The notes under the pieces were generated by a model. It was not told the DNA's origin. It ran no database searches and worked only from the letters and a program-made list of their open reading frames with translations. DNA of 64,000 bases, from positions 1,760,001-1,824,000 of the forward strand of contig OZ242029.1 of the NCBI GenBank assembly GCA_965205015.1, written 5' to 3'. Below are positions 27,305-38,171 of the stretch, one piece after another. This DNA comes from Candidatus Poribacteria bacterium. GTDB taxonomy: Bacteria; Poribacteria; WGA-4E; WGA-3G. Numbering within the stretch: position 1 is the stretch's first letter; each line of letters begins with the position of its first letter. A program made the position numbers and the translations under genes.

Positions 27305-28372
27305 TCAAAACTTTCCGTCGCGCACCTCGAAATGCGTCGGTTTACGGAGTGTTGTACCGCCTCTCCGAACCCACTCTGCTATCCACTCGATCATCTGCTC
27401 CAAAGAAACACGTGGGTATCCAAATAGACGATGACACCGAGATGCATTACTGAGCAATGCCGTTTCTGCCTCTTCGCCCTCGAACCGTAGCCGTTTGTTG
27501 AAAAGCGCGCCGAAACGTAAAGCAAGGTATCGGACAGAAACAGTCTCCGGTCCGGTCACGTTGAGGATCAAGGGTGGGCTTTGGCAGTATGCGAAAGCCC
27601 GCAAAACCACAGAATTGGCATCGCCTTGCCATATTACATTCACGGTGCCCATCTCAAGTGGAATCGGTTGTTCTGTGTAAACTTTTTCGGCGATATCCAG
27701 CAGTATTCCGTAGCGGAGATCGATCGCGTAATTTAAGCGCAAAATCGCCATAGGTGTACCGAATTGCGATGAAAAGTAGGCACATATACGCTCACGGCTC
27801 AGGCAGGATTGCGCATATTCACCGATTGGGGCGGGGGGCAAACATTCTGTCGCACCCCCATGGGAGACTCGGGTCAGCGGATAGACATTCCCCGTTGAAA
27901 AAACGACCAGTCGAGAATCTCTGAACTTATCTGCTATACGTCCCGGCATGTAGCTATTCATCGCCCAAGTTAGACTTTCATTATCTGTAGAACCGAACTT
28001 CCTACCTGCCATCAAGATCACATTTTGGATGTGAGGCAGGTTTTGCAGACACTCTTCCGAAAGCAGATCCGCCGCAATCGTTTCAATACCGGCTCCGTGC
28101 AAACCTGCTTGCACACTGGGCGTCGAAAAACGGGACACACCGATAACCTTTTTTGTTATCCCTGCGAGGTCAATGGCGCGTTTCGCCTGTTTGGCGAGCG
28201 TCGGGCCCATCTTTCCACCAACACCGAGGATAAGGATATCCCCCTCCAGTGCAGCCATGGACGCTATGACTTCGTCTGTCGGTTCGGATAGATATGATTC
28301 TAACTGGGTTTCTGTTTTTATCAAGGGAAGGGTCCTATACAAACTTGATAGCGATTTAGGATATAATACCAA
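27305..28372 (-). CDS. NAD-dependent epimerase/dehydratase (start possibly TTG at 28324)
   Basis: ILGVGGKMG, STGNVY and YAQSC motifs. Confidence 0.85.
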   Translation of the reverse strand: MVLYPKSLSSLYRTLPLIKTETQLESYLSEPTDEVIASMAALEGDILILGVGGKMGPTLAKQAKRAIDLAGITKKVIGVSRFSTPSVQAGLHGAGIETIAADLLSEECLQNLPHIQNVILMAGRKFGSTDNESLTWAMNSYMPGRIADKFRDSRLVVFSTGNVYPLTRVSHGGATECLPPAPIGEYAQSCLSRERICAYFSSQFGTPMAILRLNYAIDLRYGILLDIAEKVYTEQPIPLEMGTVNVIWQGDANSVVLRAFAYCQSPPLILNVTGPETVSVRYLALRFGALFNKRLRFEGEEAETALLSNASRCHRLFGYPRVSLEQMIEWIAEWVRRGGTTLRKPTHFEVRDGKF

Positions 28373-28442
28373 AAGTTCTTTTTGATGTCAAAGAGAAAAG
28401 ATAGGGATGTGTAAAGCTTTTGACATTCACTGTCCCGAGCCT

Positions 28443-28545
28443 GTAGGTTGGGTTGAACGGAACAGAAAAATCCCACCATTGGTCCAGAGAACTCAAACCC
28501 CTTCAAACCCTTTAGAATTCCTGAAAAATCAGTGAAACCCAACAT
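28443..28545 (+). repeat. GTAGGTTGGGTTGAACG...GTGAAACCCAAC REP-like unit
   Basis: Same family as 34456-34492 (inverted), 37924-38142 and ~12170-12181. Confidence 0.65.
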
Positions 28546-28581
28546 CTTCGGTTTTGACAAGATATTACATCCCCGATGGTG

Positions 28582-31386
28582 CTAATGGTTTTTATATCGC
28601 TCAAGTTCGTATCCCAGGATTCGAGGATTGCGGCACACCAGAAAATCCCATCTGCCAAACTTTTGGGAGTGATTGACAGCCTGAACCCATCGCCGTGCCG
28701 CTTGATGTTTCGCCTGGTCTTGCATCGTTTCTTGCCCTTTGATTTCAATAATCAGATGTATACCGTTCGTCATATTAACAATGAAATCTGGGACGTAGTC
28801 GCGCGTCGTGCCTGCGAAATGATAAGGTATTGTAAACCAGAGACCGTCATTCCGAACGTAGCTTTTAACATGTTCCGAACGTTCAAGTCGGAACGCTGCA
28901 CTTGCTTCCCATGTACTATCGACTGCAACCAAGTTAACGTGGCTTTTTTCCGTTGAGTGACAGTCTTTAGTCGTACTGAAATCCACGTCTTTAGAACTGC
29001 CGATCGGTTTGTTCAGATTGATAATCGGGAGTAACGGGGTTTCGCCTGCCGTTTCATTTGGCTGAATAGCGGCTAGGAAAAGCCCCACGATGTGATTCTT
29101 ATATTTTACATTGCCTAATTCGCGCGGATCGGTGTATCCAAATTTAACTCTCTGGTGCATGTAGTTCTCTATAAGCCTGTAGATTTGTGGAAAGAGTTGC
29201 CGACGAGACAGCATGGGTTTTCGTTCCCATTGGTCTATTGGGAGTTTTGCCAGAATTTGCCGAGCGATATCGAATTTGATGGTTTGGAAGTGATTGGACT
29301 CGTAAAATTTTTGTCTGTTATGCACTTCGCGTTCCCCGAGATAAACAGGTTTGCCTTCGTGCAAAACGATCCCTCCTGCGAAAAGTTCATCGGGACCGAG
29401 TTCGAGTTTGAGTTTCTCCATCTGATCAATGTTGGCGGTAATTGCATCGTGACGTAGTTCAAAGCTATAACTTTCAACGTTGGGAAACTGAATCTCGTAA
29501 GACTTTCGTGTCGGCAAGGCGCGCACACGGTAGGTAGGTTTATCAGGTCTTTGTTGCCGACGCTGGCGACCTTTAAATGGAATGAGTGTGAAGGGGATAC
29601 CGTAGATGTCGACGTACTCCGGGGGTAACAGTCCTGTTTCTGGATTGATATCGTAACTCATACGGCGCAGCCCGCGTCCGACAACCTGTTCGCATAACAA
29701 TTGGCTCTGAAAGGCGCGTAATCCGATGATCTGTGTTACGTTATTAGCATCCCACCCTTCGTTTAGCATTGAGACGGAAACGACGCACCGGATCTGTTCA
29801 CCCGGCTGCCCTTCTTTACCGATTGTGCTAACGACTTTTCGCAACTGCTCCGCGTCGCTTCCTTCCTCCGTGAGTCTTCTGCTGTCAATACGGAACGTTT
29901 TTACATCCCCATTTCTGTTTTCAAGCTCTGGAAACAGATCCCCGTGTCCATAAACAACTTCACCGTCTGTCACCGTTTCACCGGAGATACCGCGGTGAAA
30001 TACCTCGGCAACTTTCGTCTCTGGACAGACGACTATCATGCAGTTCGGTATATCCGATCCATTTGCATCAAACTGCGTTTTCCATTGACTGGCGAGTGTT
30101 ATGAGTGCATCGTTGGCTTCGGTATAGATATCCTCTGGTTTCGGTTTCGTACCGAGTTCGTCCGTGATGTGTTCCCACAGTCGAAAATACTTCGGTTCCG
30201 GTCGACCGGTACTGTCACTGATAGGGATACGCGGGATTTTTGTAATACCACTCTCAATCGCATCACCTAAACTGAAGTCACTGACGAGCCATTCAAAGGG
30301 TTTCCCTTCTGAGTGTCCGCTGCCTTGAAGATAGAAAGGCGTTGCTGACAAATCAACCGCAAATCGGATTCCACACGCTTGCTGAATTCGGTCCAGTCCC
30401 TGGATCCAGATGGTTGCGGTCTGTTGTTCCTCTTTCTCGTTTCTGTTAAGTTTTAGGTTGGATTCGAGGGGGCGGTAGGCATGATGTCCTTCATCGTTTA
30501 GGATCATGATTTCACCGCGTCCAGCGAGTTCCCCTAAAATACGCTCGGTATACGCTTCTGCTGTTTCTTCGCCTTTACTAACGACTTTATGGGATGTACC
30601 ACTTTCTATGTTCTCTGAAGCCAACTCGAGTTGATGCCAGTTAGTAATCTTGACTTTACCGCGCCGGAGAAACGCTTTAAGTGTCGGTGGAATCAGATCG
30701 AATGTGTCGTAATAATTCTCATCCGAGTCTGGGCGTAAAACCTGTAGGCGTTCTTTGATAGTGAGATTCGGACAGACTGCAAGTACAGCGGATGGAAAGC
30801 GTGTATCCGCACGCACTTTTCCACGATTGCAAAACGCCCATGCGATAAGCATTGCCATGACGACGGTTTTTCCGCTCCCAGTTGCCATTTTACACCCGTA
30901 ACGGATGATCTCATCGTCGCGGAGCTGCTCCAAATCTGGATCCTCAAATTCAGGGGTGAAGCCAAGACGGTGTCCTGCTCTGCGGATTTCGGCGATATAG
31001 ATAACGGTTTCTACTGCTTCTAATTGACAGAAGAAGAGTGGGCGTTGTCTCCCTTCGCGCTGCCAATACCGTAGCAGCTGCTTTGTAATGTTTGTAGCAT
31101 TTCTATAGCCAGATGCGCGCCAGCGTTTAACATCGTTGCGAAGTTTACTAACCAACGGGAGCGTGCTCCATCCCTCTTCCCGAGTGATGCTCAGTTCTAG
31201 CTGCTCATCACTGGTCCCCTGATCTCCTATCCAGTAACCGGCAGGACGACGCCCTGGCATTTCGCGAGGGTTACCAGTATCTTTGTCGTAAACCCAGTGT
31301 TTCATCGGTTCTTCGTAAGGCGAACACAAGATGGGTTCATCTACTGGTTGAATAGGGATCTCCTGTTGTTCTCGGTTTCTATCCAT
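28582..31386 (-). CDS. res: Type III restriction enzyme Res subunit (helicase + PD-(D/E)xK nuclease)
   Basis: MATGSGKT Walker A, DEGHH, EGWD and EQVVGRGLRR motifs; C-terminal YVPDF...IEIKG. Confidence 0.88.
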   Translation of the reverse strand: MDRNREQQEIPIQPVDEPILCSPYEEPMKHWVYDKDTGNPREMPGRRPAGYWIGDQGTSDEQLELSITREEGWSTLPLVSKLRNDVKRWRASGYRNATNITKQLLRYWQREGRQRPLFFCQLEAVETVIYIAEIRRAGHRLGFTPEFEDPDLEQLRDDEIIRYGCKMATGSGKTVVMAMLIAWAFCNRGKVRADTRFPSAVLAVCPNLTIKERLQVLRPDSDENYYDTFDLIPPTLKAFLRRGKVKITNWHQLELASENIESGTSHKVVSKGEETAEAYTERILGELAGRGEIMILNDEGHHAYRPLESNLKLNRNEKEEQQTATIWIQGLDRIQQACGIRFAVDLSATPFYLQGSGHSEGKPFEWLVSDFSLGDAIESGITKIPRIPISDSTGRPEPKYFRLWEHITDELGTKPKPEDIYTEANDALITLASQWKTQFDANGSDIPNCMIVVCPETKVAEVFHRGISGETVTDGEVVYGHGDLFPELENRNGDVKTFRIDSRRLTEEGSDAEQLRKVVSTIGKEGQPGEQIRCVVSVSMLNEGWDANNVTQIIGLRAFQSQLLCEQVVGRGLRRMSYDINPETGLLPPEYVDIYGIPFTLIPFKGRQRRQQRPDKPTYRVRALPTRKSYEIQFPNVESYSFELRHDAITANIDQMEKLKLELGPDELFAGGIVLHEGKPVYLGEREVHNRQKFYESNHFQTIKFDIARQILAKLPIDQWERKPMLSRRQLFPQIYRLIENYMHQRVKFGYTDPRELGNVKYKNHIVGLFLAAIQPNETAGETPLLPIINLNKPIGSSKDVDFSTTKDCHSTEKSHVNLVAVDSTWEASAAFRLERSEHVKSYVRNDGLWFTIPYHFAGTTRDYVPDFIVNMTNGIHLIIEIKGQETMQDQAKHQAARRWVQAVNHSQKFGRWDFLVCRNPRILGYELERYKNH

Positions 31387-31548
31387 CTTTCTCTCCTAAT
31401 TTAACCCAAGTTGCTACTTACAAGATTGTAGCATGCAGACACTGTTTCTAATTGAGAGAGGTTCACTGTTCCAAAGGTTTCGTAGTGTAAACTTTTAGTT
31501 TGGGCACTCACGAGCACAATCTAACAGATTATGCTACAACGGGACAAC

Positions 31549-34412
31549 TTAGGTTAATTTATGAATTCGCATGAGTTCATTCCCGCGGCGGTCTATAACC
31601 TTCACGGCGACGCGTTTGTGTTCACCTACTGAAAATGGAAGTGACTCTGTCCCGGAAAATGCTGCTAAACTTTCTTCGTCGATGACTGCTTTCAATGAAC
31701 GCGCGATGTTGTTCCATGCACTTCTGTTTGGGAAAAACGATTGCGTCGGACAAAATGTTCTGCCATCATAATTTGCATCTAAAAACCATGCTGCAACTTG
31801 CGATCCCTGCGTCGGTTCGATGGTATTATCAACCGGATTGTAAGTATCAATACCCTCCATGATGACTTTGAACTGTCCATCCGTCGCCTTTATCACCTCT
31901 GTTCGCGGGGCCCCGATAACAGTGAAGAGTTTATCGGTCTGCGTTTTTCGGAGTAGATCTGTCATAGCGACATCTGGTGCAATTTGCACGAGATGTGTTT
32001 GCAGTCGGGGGTGTCGATCTTGAATAATCGCTTGTGCCTCCGCTTCAAAGTGAAACCCAGCGAATAGCAGGACATCATAAATTCGCCTCGCTTCTCGTAA
32101 ACAGTCTTCTACCTGTAAAGCGGTTACGGGCCCGTGTTGTGGTCCGAACACGATCCCCACCTCTCGCTCGTCATTTTCAAATTGCCCTTCCGCGTGAAAA
32201 ACCTCATCTTCAAGTCGGTCTAAACGCGCGAACTTCTTTTTTTTGTTTTCAAAGTCAACACCGGTTGTTTTGAGCAGGGCATACATCTGTTCCAGATGTG
32301 CCGCAGCGTTCGCAGGCTCTGTGTCTAATGCAATAGGTGTTGCGTCACTATCCAGCGATTGTGCTGGCGGTTGTACAGATTCTACTGTAAAAGGACCACT
32401 CACCCGCAGGAGATTTTTCTCAATCTCCGGTTGGTCTACTAATTCTTCTTGTTTCGCGGATTCAGCGATGCATGTATTCACTTCGTCCATTTTTGCCCGC
32501 CATGCTTTCCGGTATACCAATAACGCTTCTTGCAGTGCTTCGGGCCACACTTCATCAACGTCAAACGGGACTTCCCACTCTTCCCAGGCTGTTTCTGGCA
32601 GACTCCAACGCCTCTTATCCGCATCTGTAAGTTCGCTTTTCTTTTTAGTCGCTAATTTCCGTTGGAGTTCTTGCCGGATCGCGGGAGTGACCTGTTTCAG
32701 TGCTGCGTTAAGTTTTGCCAATTTTGCAGACAGTATCGGCGCATGTTTCGCAAAGATTGGGTCAAGTGCCACGTTGTTTGCGATGTCGTTTGGCTTGATA
32801 TGTGGAGCCATTTTGAACCTAAAACCGCCCTCGACTCCCTTTGGTTCATTTTTGAGTTTGTAGTAGTCATAGTTGGCGGTGAGGAGCCGAGTACGGGCAA
32901 GTGTAATCGCAATCCGTGAAGTATCAATTGTTATCCAGCGTCTACCCCATTGCTCAGCGATGTATGCAGTGGTCCCGCTACCGCATGTTGGATCGATTAT
33001 CAGATCACCAGGATCTGTGCTCATTAACATACAACGTTGAATAACGGTTTTGTTCGTTTGGACAACATATATTCTATTTTGCTCTGACATTTGTGCAGTC
33101 CAAAGGTTATTTAGTTTCATATAGGAAAAGTCAGAAATGTAGGCTTTATAACGGATGGTGGTCTTGTGGGCAATTATCCGATCAGCTTTTGAGAATCGCT
33201 CTATTCCATCAAGTGTACACCGCCAACCTCCTTTTCGCCTTGATGGTTCATATTTTTTTTTGCGAAATATAAAAGGCTGTTGAGGATTTGCTCCTCCACC
33301 TAAAGATAGACTTTCGATGAATTTAGCCCCTTCAGGCAAATGCTCTCCAGAAGAGGTGGAAATTATTTCCCCACTCAGCAGTTGCGCGTTTGAAAATTTC
33401 TTCTTATCAATATCTTTTTCTGTATACAGGGGCCGGAACTTCAACTGTTCTCGATCCTTGGCATACCAGAGGATAAAGTCGTTCAACGTTGATAGGTACT
33501 TACTTTGGGTGTTACTCCGTGTTTTGAAGATAATTTCGGCCACAAAATTTTCGGGGCCGAACACTTCGTCGAGCAAGCAGCGAACCCGGTGGACGTTATC
33601 CTCTCCAATTTGCATAAAGATGCTTCCCGAGTCCTTGAGCAGTTCACGGGAAGTGATGATTCGTTTTTGCAGGTAGGAGAGGTAGGAATGGATACCGAGT
33701 TTCCATGTGTCGCGATATGCCTTAACTTGTTCTATTTCTCGTGTGAGATGTTTATCGCCTTCTTTACCTCTTGTGTCAACAACATCCGGTTGAAAATTAG
33801 AACGGAAGTTAATCCCGTAGGGCGGATCGATGTAAATCATCTGGACCTGTCCTGCCAAGCCTTCACGATTGGCGAGTGAGTCCATCACCTGCAGGCTATC
33901 GCCGAGGATAAGACGGTTAGCCCACGGGACCTCGTGTTCATAAAATTGCACGGCATCCCGATATTTCTGCTGCGGATCGGCGAAGAGATCGCGTTGGATA
34001 TCGTTACGTTTGGCGGTTTCAAGGATGGCTTGCGCACTCAAACGTTCGTGGATAAAGAGCGGTACTGGATCAACAGTAAAGGATTCACCTTCCTCGCGTT
34101 TATTTGCCCATTCTAACCACGGTTGGGCATGAAGCGCGTCAGAAATCCGCTGGACTTCGTCAGCTGTCAGCGGTTCTTTTTCTGCTTTAGTTAATATGCT
34201 TAATATTTGTGGAGTGGGGGGGCAGATGTGTTGTCTGTAGAATCGAAGCGGAGTGTAGGTTGGAGGTGTGGATTGTAGTAATAGGTCGTCCGTGACATTT
34301 CGGTAATATCTCCATCGGAGCCGAGCCCGACAGCTGGATTATTGGTTCGCGTTTCCGTTCCGTGTTGGTATGGTTGTGTTTGTGCGCGATTCTGTCTGGG
34401 GTTTCGTGCCAT
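31549..34412 (-). CDS. mod: Type III R-M DNA methyltransferase (Mod), frameshifted at the G7 tract 34216-34222
   Basis: DPPY and DPTCGSGTT motifs. The N-terminus (MARNP...YNPHLQPTLRFD) lies in a different frame from the continuous frame TPQILS...QPWLEWANKRE...VPLFIHERLSAQ; adding one C on the coding strand fuses them. Confidence 0.85.
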
Positions 34413-34620
34413 GGTTATCGGGCCTCTCGTTTTCTTTCCGGTTCTCAATTGTGAAATGTTGGGTTTCACGGCAAGCGTTCAACCCAACATACAATTTCGG
34501 AGCGTGTTCAATCCAAAATTGGATATCCGTTTGTAACATGGGATTTAGTTTCTATAATGACGGGTGATACGTCGCCCTACTACGAACGAGACTACCCATA
34601 ATTTCAGGATGGACAGTCCA

Positions 34621-35400
34621 TTAGTATTCAGCCTTAATCGCTGCCCACGTCGTGCTCAATTTTTCGGCAGGATCAACGGCAAATAAAACACCGTCATTCA
34701 TATCGGCGTTAATCTCGTCCTCACTCAAGGCGCGCGTATAGAAGGCGAACTCATCAATAAACCCGTTTAGGTATTGAATATCTGCCTCATTGTCTTTACC
34801 GAGGACTATGGCACCTGTTGGTGCCGCAAAGATCGAGACTTTTCCACTCCAATCCGTTTCACCCACCACTTTGCCATTAAAATAGGATTTCTGGACTTTG
34901 CCGTCATACGTGCCGGCAATATGCACCCACTTTTTGACTGGGAGTTCTGGAATCGGTGTCCGATGTTCCGTGTTTTTGGTGTCGTAGATATAAAACACCA
35001 TGTTCCCCGTCCCTTCAATGAAGGTTTCGGCGGGCCATGCACCTGCGGCATTCAAGGCTTCCCAAACTTGCTGCGTCTCGCCGGTGATTGCAGTGAGCAT
35101 CACCCAATGCTCCACTGTCATCGCCGTTAACTCGGTATCAGTGAGACCCGGGACTTCTTGTGGGCTTTTGATAGCACTGCCGCCGTCAAACTCCATCGCG
35201 CCACCGTGTTTGCCATCTTTGCTCCAATCCGCATTTGAGACTTCAGCATCAAACCCGTTACCGGTGTCGTCTGCCACCTCTTTGCCATCTTTGTCGAAGG
35301 AATAGTAGATTATCAGGTCTGCGTCATTCCGAATCGCTTCAACGTTCATAGAAAGCGCGAGGATCGCGCCAAAAGCTAACCAAAATACTAACAATTTCAT
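34621..35400 (-). CDS. LamG/concanavalin A-like domain protein
   Basis: YYSFD, GKHGGAMEFDG, WVHIAGTYDG and IDEFAFYTRALS motifs; tail AVDPAEKLSTTWAAIK. Confidence 0.88.
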   Translation of the reverse strand: MKLLVFWLAFGAILALSMNVEAIRNDADLIIYYSFDKDGKEVADDTGNGFDAEVSNADWSKDGKHGGAMEFDGGSAIKSPQEVPGLTDTELTAMTVEHWVMLTAITGETQQVWEALNAAGAWPAETFIEGTGNMVFYIYDTKNTEHRTPIPELPVKKWVHIAGTYDGKVQKSYFNGKVVGETDWSGKVSIFAAPTGAIVLGKDNEADIQYLNGFIDEFAFYTRALSEDEINADMNDGVLFAVDPAEKLSTTWAAIKAEY

Positions 35401-35494
35401 GATAACCTCCTTGTCTGTATATTAGAAGAAAGGCTGGTGCCTAAGCCCCAGCCTTTCCGAAACTTAGCACAGAATTAGGTGATTCGTTTACAGA

Positions 35495-36280
35495 TTATCT
35501 GTTCGATTTGATATTCGCCCAGGTCGTGGCGAGTTTCCCTTGCGGTTCTACTGGCGTCAGGAATGATTCAGCGTTTTGATCCATGCTCGCTTTGATCTCG
35601 TCGGCTGAGAGGACGCGATCCCACAGTCGAACTTCGTCAACGCTCCCCGGCCACGCTTCACCGCCCCAAGTGCCGATCGTCACCGCACTCGTATTTTGCG
35701 CTGGTGCAACCGGATTTCCCGACTCTTCTGAGTATGTTACCTCACCATCTACATAAATCTCCACTAAGCCGTTGCTATCATCTGTGTGAGTGTAGGCGAG
35801 ATAATACCACTTGCCTGTTTCCAGTTCTGTTTCGTTATCGTTGATGTCCTTGAATCCACCGGCTGCGCCGTTGGTCCAGACTTTGATGCCATTCGCTGGA
35901 TTCATACCAAACCCGAAACCGATGTGTCGAGTCGCACCGCCCTGCCGAGTCCCGAAGATAATCGCGTGTGCACTCGGTAACCTGTCCAGCTGGACCCATG
36001 CGGCTTGCGTGATCGCACCTTCAAGATGAAAAGCGGCATCATCTTCAATGAGGACGTGATCGGCAGCAGCCCCAAATTGGAGGGCTTTGCCGTGCTGCCC
36101 GTCGATCCATTTCGCGCCGCCCTGTACTTCACCTTCAAAGCCGTTTGCGGAGAAGTCTTGTGTCGCGGTCCCAGAGCCTTCATCGAGCGGCATGTATAGG
36201 ACAAGCCCCTCCATTAAGTCAGCGTGCGAAAATGCCGCACATAAGAGTAAACAGAACGTGAGTATTGAAAAGATTTTCAT
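35495..36280 (-). CDS. LamG/concanavalin A-like domain protein
   Basis: LDEGSG, GKALQF, WYYLAYT and VDEVRLWDRVLS motifs; tail PVEPQGKLATTWANIK. Confidence 0.88.
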   Translation of the reverse strand: MKIFSILTFCLLLCAAFSHADLMEGLVLYMPLDEGSGTATQDFSANGFEGEVQGGAKWIDGQHGKALQFGAAADHVLIEDDAAFHLEGAITQAAWVQLDRLPSAHAIIFGTRQGGATRHIGFGFGMNPANGIKVWTNGAAGGFKDINDNETELETGKWYYLAYTHTDDSNGLVEIYVDGEVTYSEESGNPVAPAQNTSAVTIGTWGGEAWPGSVDEVRLWDRVLSADEIKASMDQNAESFLTPVEPQGKLATTWANIKSNR

Positions 36281-36340
36281 GTATCCTCCTGAATTGAAAA
36301 GTAAACAGTTTGAATTTAATATTGAAATTGGCTTTGCAAC

Positions 36341-36553
36341 TCAAAAAAAACTTTTGAGAAGTGCTACCAGTGCTATAGTTGTCGGGACAATCCACGCCGC
36401 ATGTTTCCAGAAACGTGCTGAAAACGCTTGTTGCCCACGCTGGTAATTTAGCAACTCCAATGCCTTATCTAACTTCTCTTGAATATCGCGAACATCGCGT
36501 TCAAGTCGTTCAAATCGTTGGTCTAAAACCTCTCTTAATTCCTGAACTGTCAT
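36341..36553 (-). CDS. Small coiled-coil protein with C-terminal TM helix
   Basis: AGGAG RBS; 70 aa; heptads followed by a hydrophobic tail. Confidence 0.6.
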   Translation of the reverse strand: MTVQELREVLDQRFERLERDVRDIQEKLDKALELLNYQRGQQAFSARFWKHAAWIVPTTIALVALLKSFF

Positions 36554-36735
36554 CGTTTTTCTCCTGCGGCTTGTATTGTGTCTGTCTCTTTTCTGTCCAT
36601 GCGATTGTTTTGTTGGTGCTGTGTCGGTGTTCCTTCCTTATATTTTCTATGTTTTTTATTGTTAGATGCTGTTAACATTATGCCACAGAATGCTATACTG
36701 GGTCAATGAAAAAACATTACTCATCGGAATATGTA

Positions 36736-37893
36736 CTAAGGCGATACAGATGTCGCACAACGGAATCCAAGGGCACCGATGCCAGCATACGCTGGACTTG
36801 TCCCGTGACGATTCGCCGCACGCAGCCACTCAGGATTACTGTTCCATCCGCCTCCCCGCAACACGCGAAAATCTGCAATATTCTCGAAATCGTTGACGAT
36901 CTCTTCGATAGTATTCGCGCCTGCCGTGGGATTTTGACGTGGGGAGTTGGCGTAGAAGTCAGCCTCATATCCGTCGAGACACCATTCCCACACGTTTCCC
37001 GCGATGTCATATACACCATAGTCGTTCGGAGGGTAATCGCCGATAGGGGTTGTCTCGCCGAGATGCTTACCGTAATTTGCTCTGTTCAAATTGATGCCAT
37101 TGCCCCACGGATACTGTTTTTTGTCTAATCCACCGCGTGCCGCTTTCTCCCATTCCGCTTCTGTCGGTAAGCGTTTGTCTACCCACACGGCGTAAGCCAT
37201 CGCTGCGTACCAACTCACATAGCGAACGGGATGCTCCCGTTCACCGAGAGGATGGTTATTCCCGTTCCAATCGTTTAGGTAATTAGCATCGGCGAATTTA
37301 TCGTCAATGCGATCTTTTTGCCATCTCGGGTTCGCGAGGACGAAATCCTTAAATTCTCCATTGGTTACCTCGTTTGCGTCTATATAAAACGCATCAAGAT
37401 GGACGGTGTGAACTGGCTGTTCATCATCATCGGCACCGCCATCATTACTACCCATCTTAAACTCGCCTTCTGGAATCAATACCATTCCATCTGGAATAAT
37501 GGGTTCAGGTTCAAGGATAGGTTCCTGTTCAACTTCGGGAGTTGGTTCAGTCGTCCCTATTTTAGGTGTTGTGACGATGTAGGTGAGTGTTTGCGCCCCA
37601 TCTTCCCAAGTAATTGTTAGGGGCAGTGGACCCGGGTTGAAAGGTCCTGCGATTGTAACCGTTGTTCCTGCTGTTTTAACAATACCTATATTCACTGATA
37701 CGCTTCCGGGAATAGCGTCAAAAGTAACAGTAATAATTCCGTTTACGTCGAGAGTACTCCCATCTGCTGGCTCCGCACGCACCAGTCCAACTGGTGTAAT
37801 TTCGTCACCATCTTCACGCGTTCCGCAACTCACGATATAAATAGCGGACAGACCTATAAGGGCAAAGCCGAGCAGTTTAAATGATTTTTTCAC
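36736..37893 (-). CDS. Formylglycine-generating enzyme (SUMF1/FGE-sulfatase) family lipoprotein
   Basis: GTG start at 37893, lipobox IVSC; motifs EVTNGEF, RLPTEAEWEKAARGG, GNVWEWC, RGGGW and GFRC. Confidence 0.88.
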   Translation of the reverse strand: MKKSFKLLGFALIGLSAIYIVSCGTREDGDEITPVGLVRAEPADGSTLDVNGIITVTFDAIPGSVSVNIGIVKTAGTTVTIAGPFNPGPLPLTITWEDGAQTLTYIVTTPKIGTTEPTPEVEQEPILEPEPIIPDGMVLIPEGEFKMGSNDGGADDDEQPVHTVHLDAFYIDANEVTNGEFKDFVLANPRWQKDRIDDKFADANYLNDWNGNNHPLGEREHPVRYVSWYAAMAYAVWVDKRLPTEAEWEKAARGGLDKKQYPWGNGINLNRANYGKHLGETTPIGDYPPNDYGVYDIAGNVWEWCLDGYEADFYANSPRQNPTAGANTIEEIVNDFENIADFRVLRGGGWNSNPEWLRAANRHGTSPAYAGIGALGFRCATSVSP

Positions 37894-37923
37894 CAATTCT
37901 TTCCTTCTGTTTTCCAATTTCTT

Positions 37924-38142
37924 GTAGGTTGGGTTGAACGGAACTTCACCAGAACCCCTCAATTCCCCGACAGCCTCGGGCATACAAAAACACATTAGTG
38001 TCCCAACGCCGTAGTGAAACTCAACGAAAGCATCAATAAAGTTGGGTTTCGCTGCCTTTCTCTGATACGGTAGAGCTCATCCAAGCTTAAAGGTTTCTTG
38101 GGTATATCCCGAGCTGAGTCGATTCCGCTCAACCCAACCTAC
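37924..38142. repeat. REPIN-like element (two inverted REP units)
   Basis: Starts GTAGGTTGGGTTGAACGG and ends CCGCTCAACCCAACCTAC. Confidence 0.7.
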
Positions 38143-38171
38143 GTTCAGCTATGCCACAATCTTTACACCCT

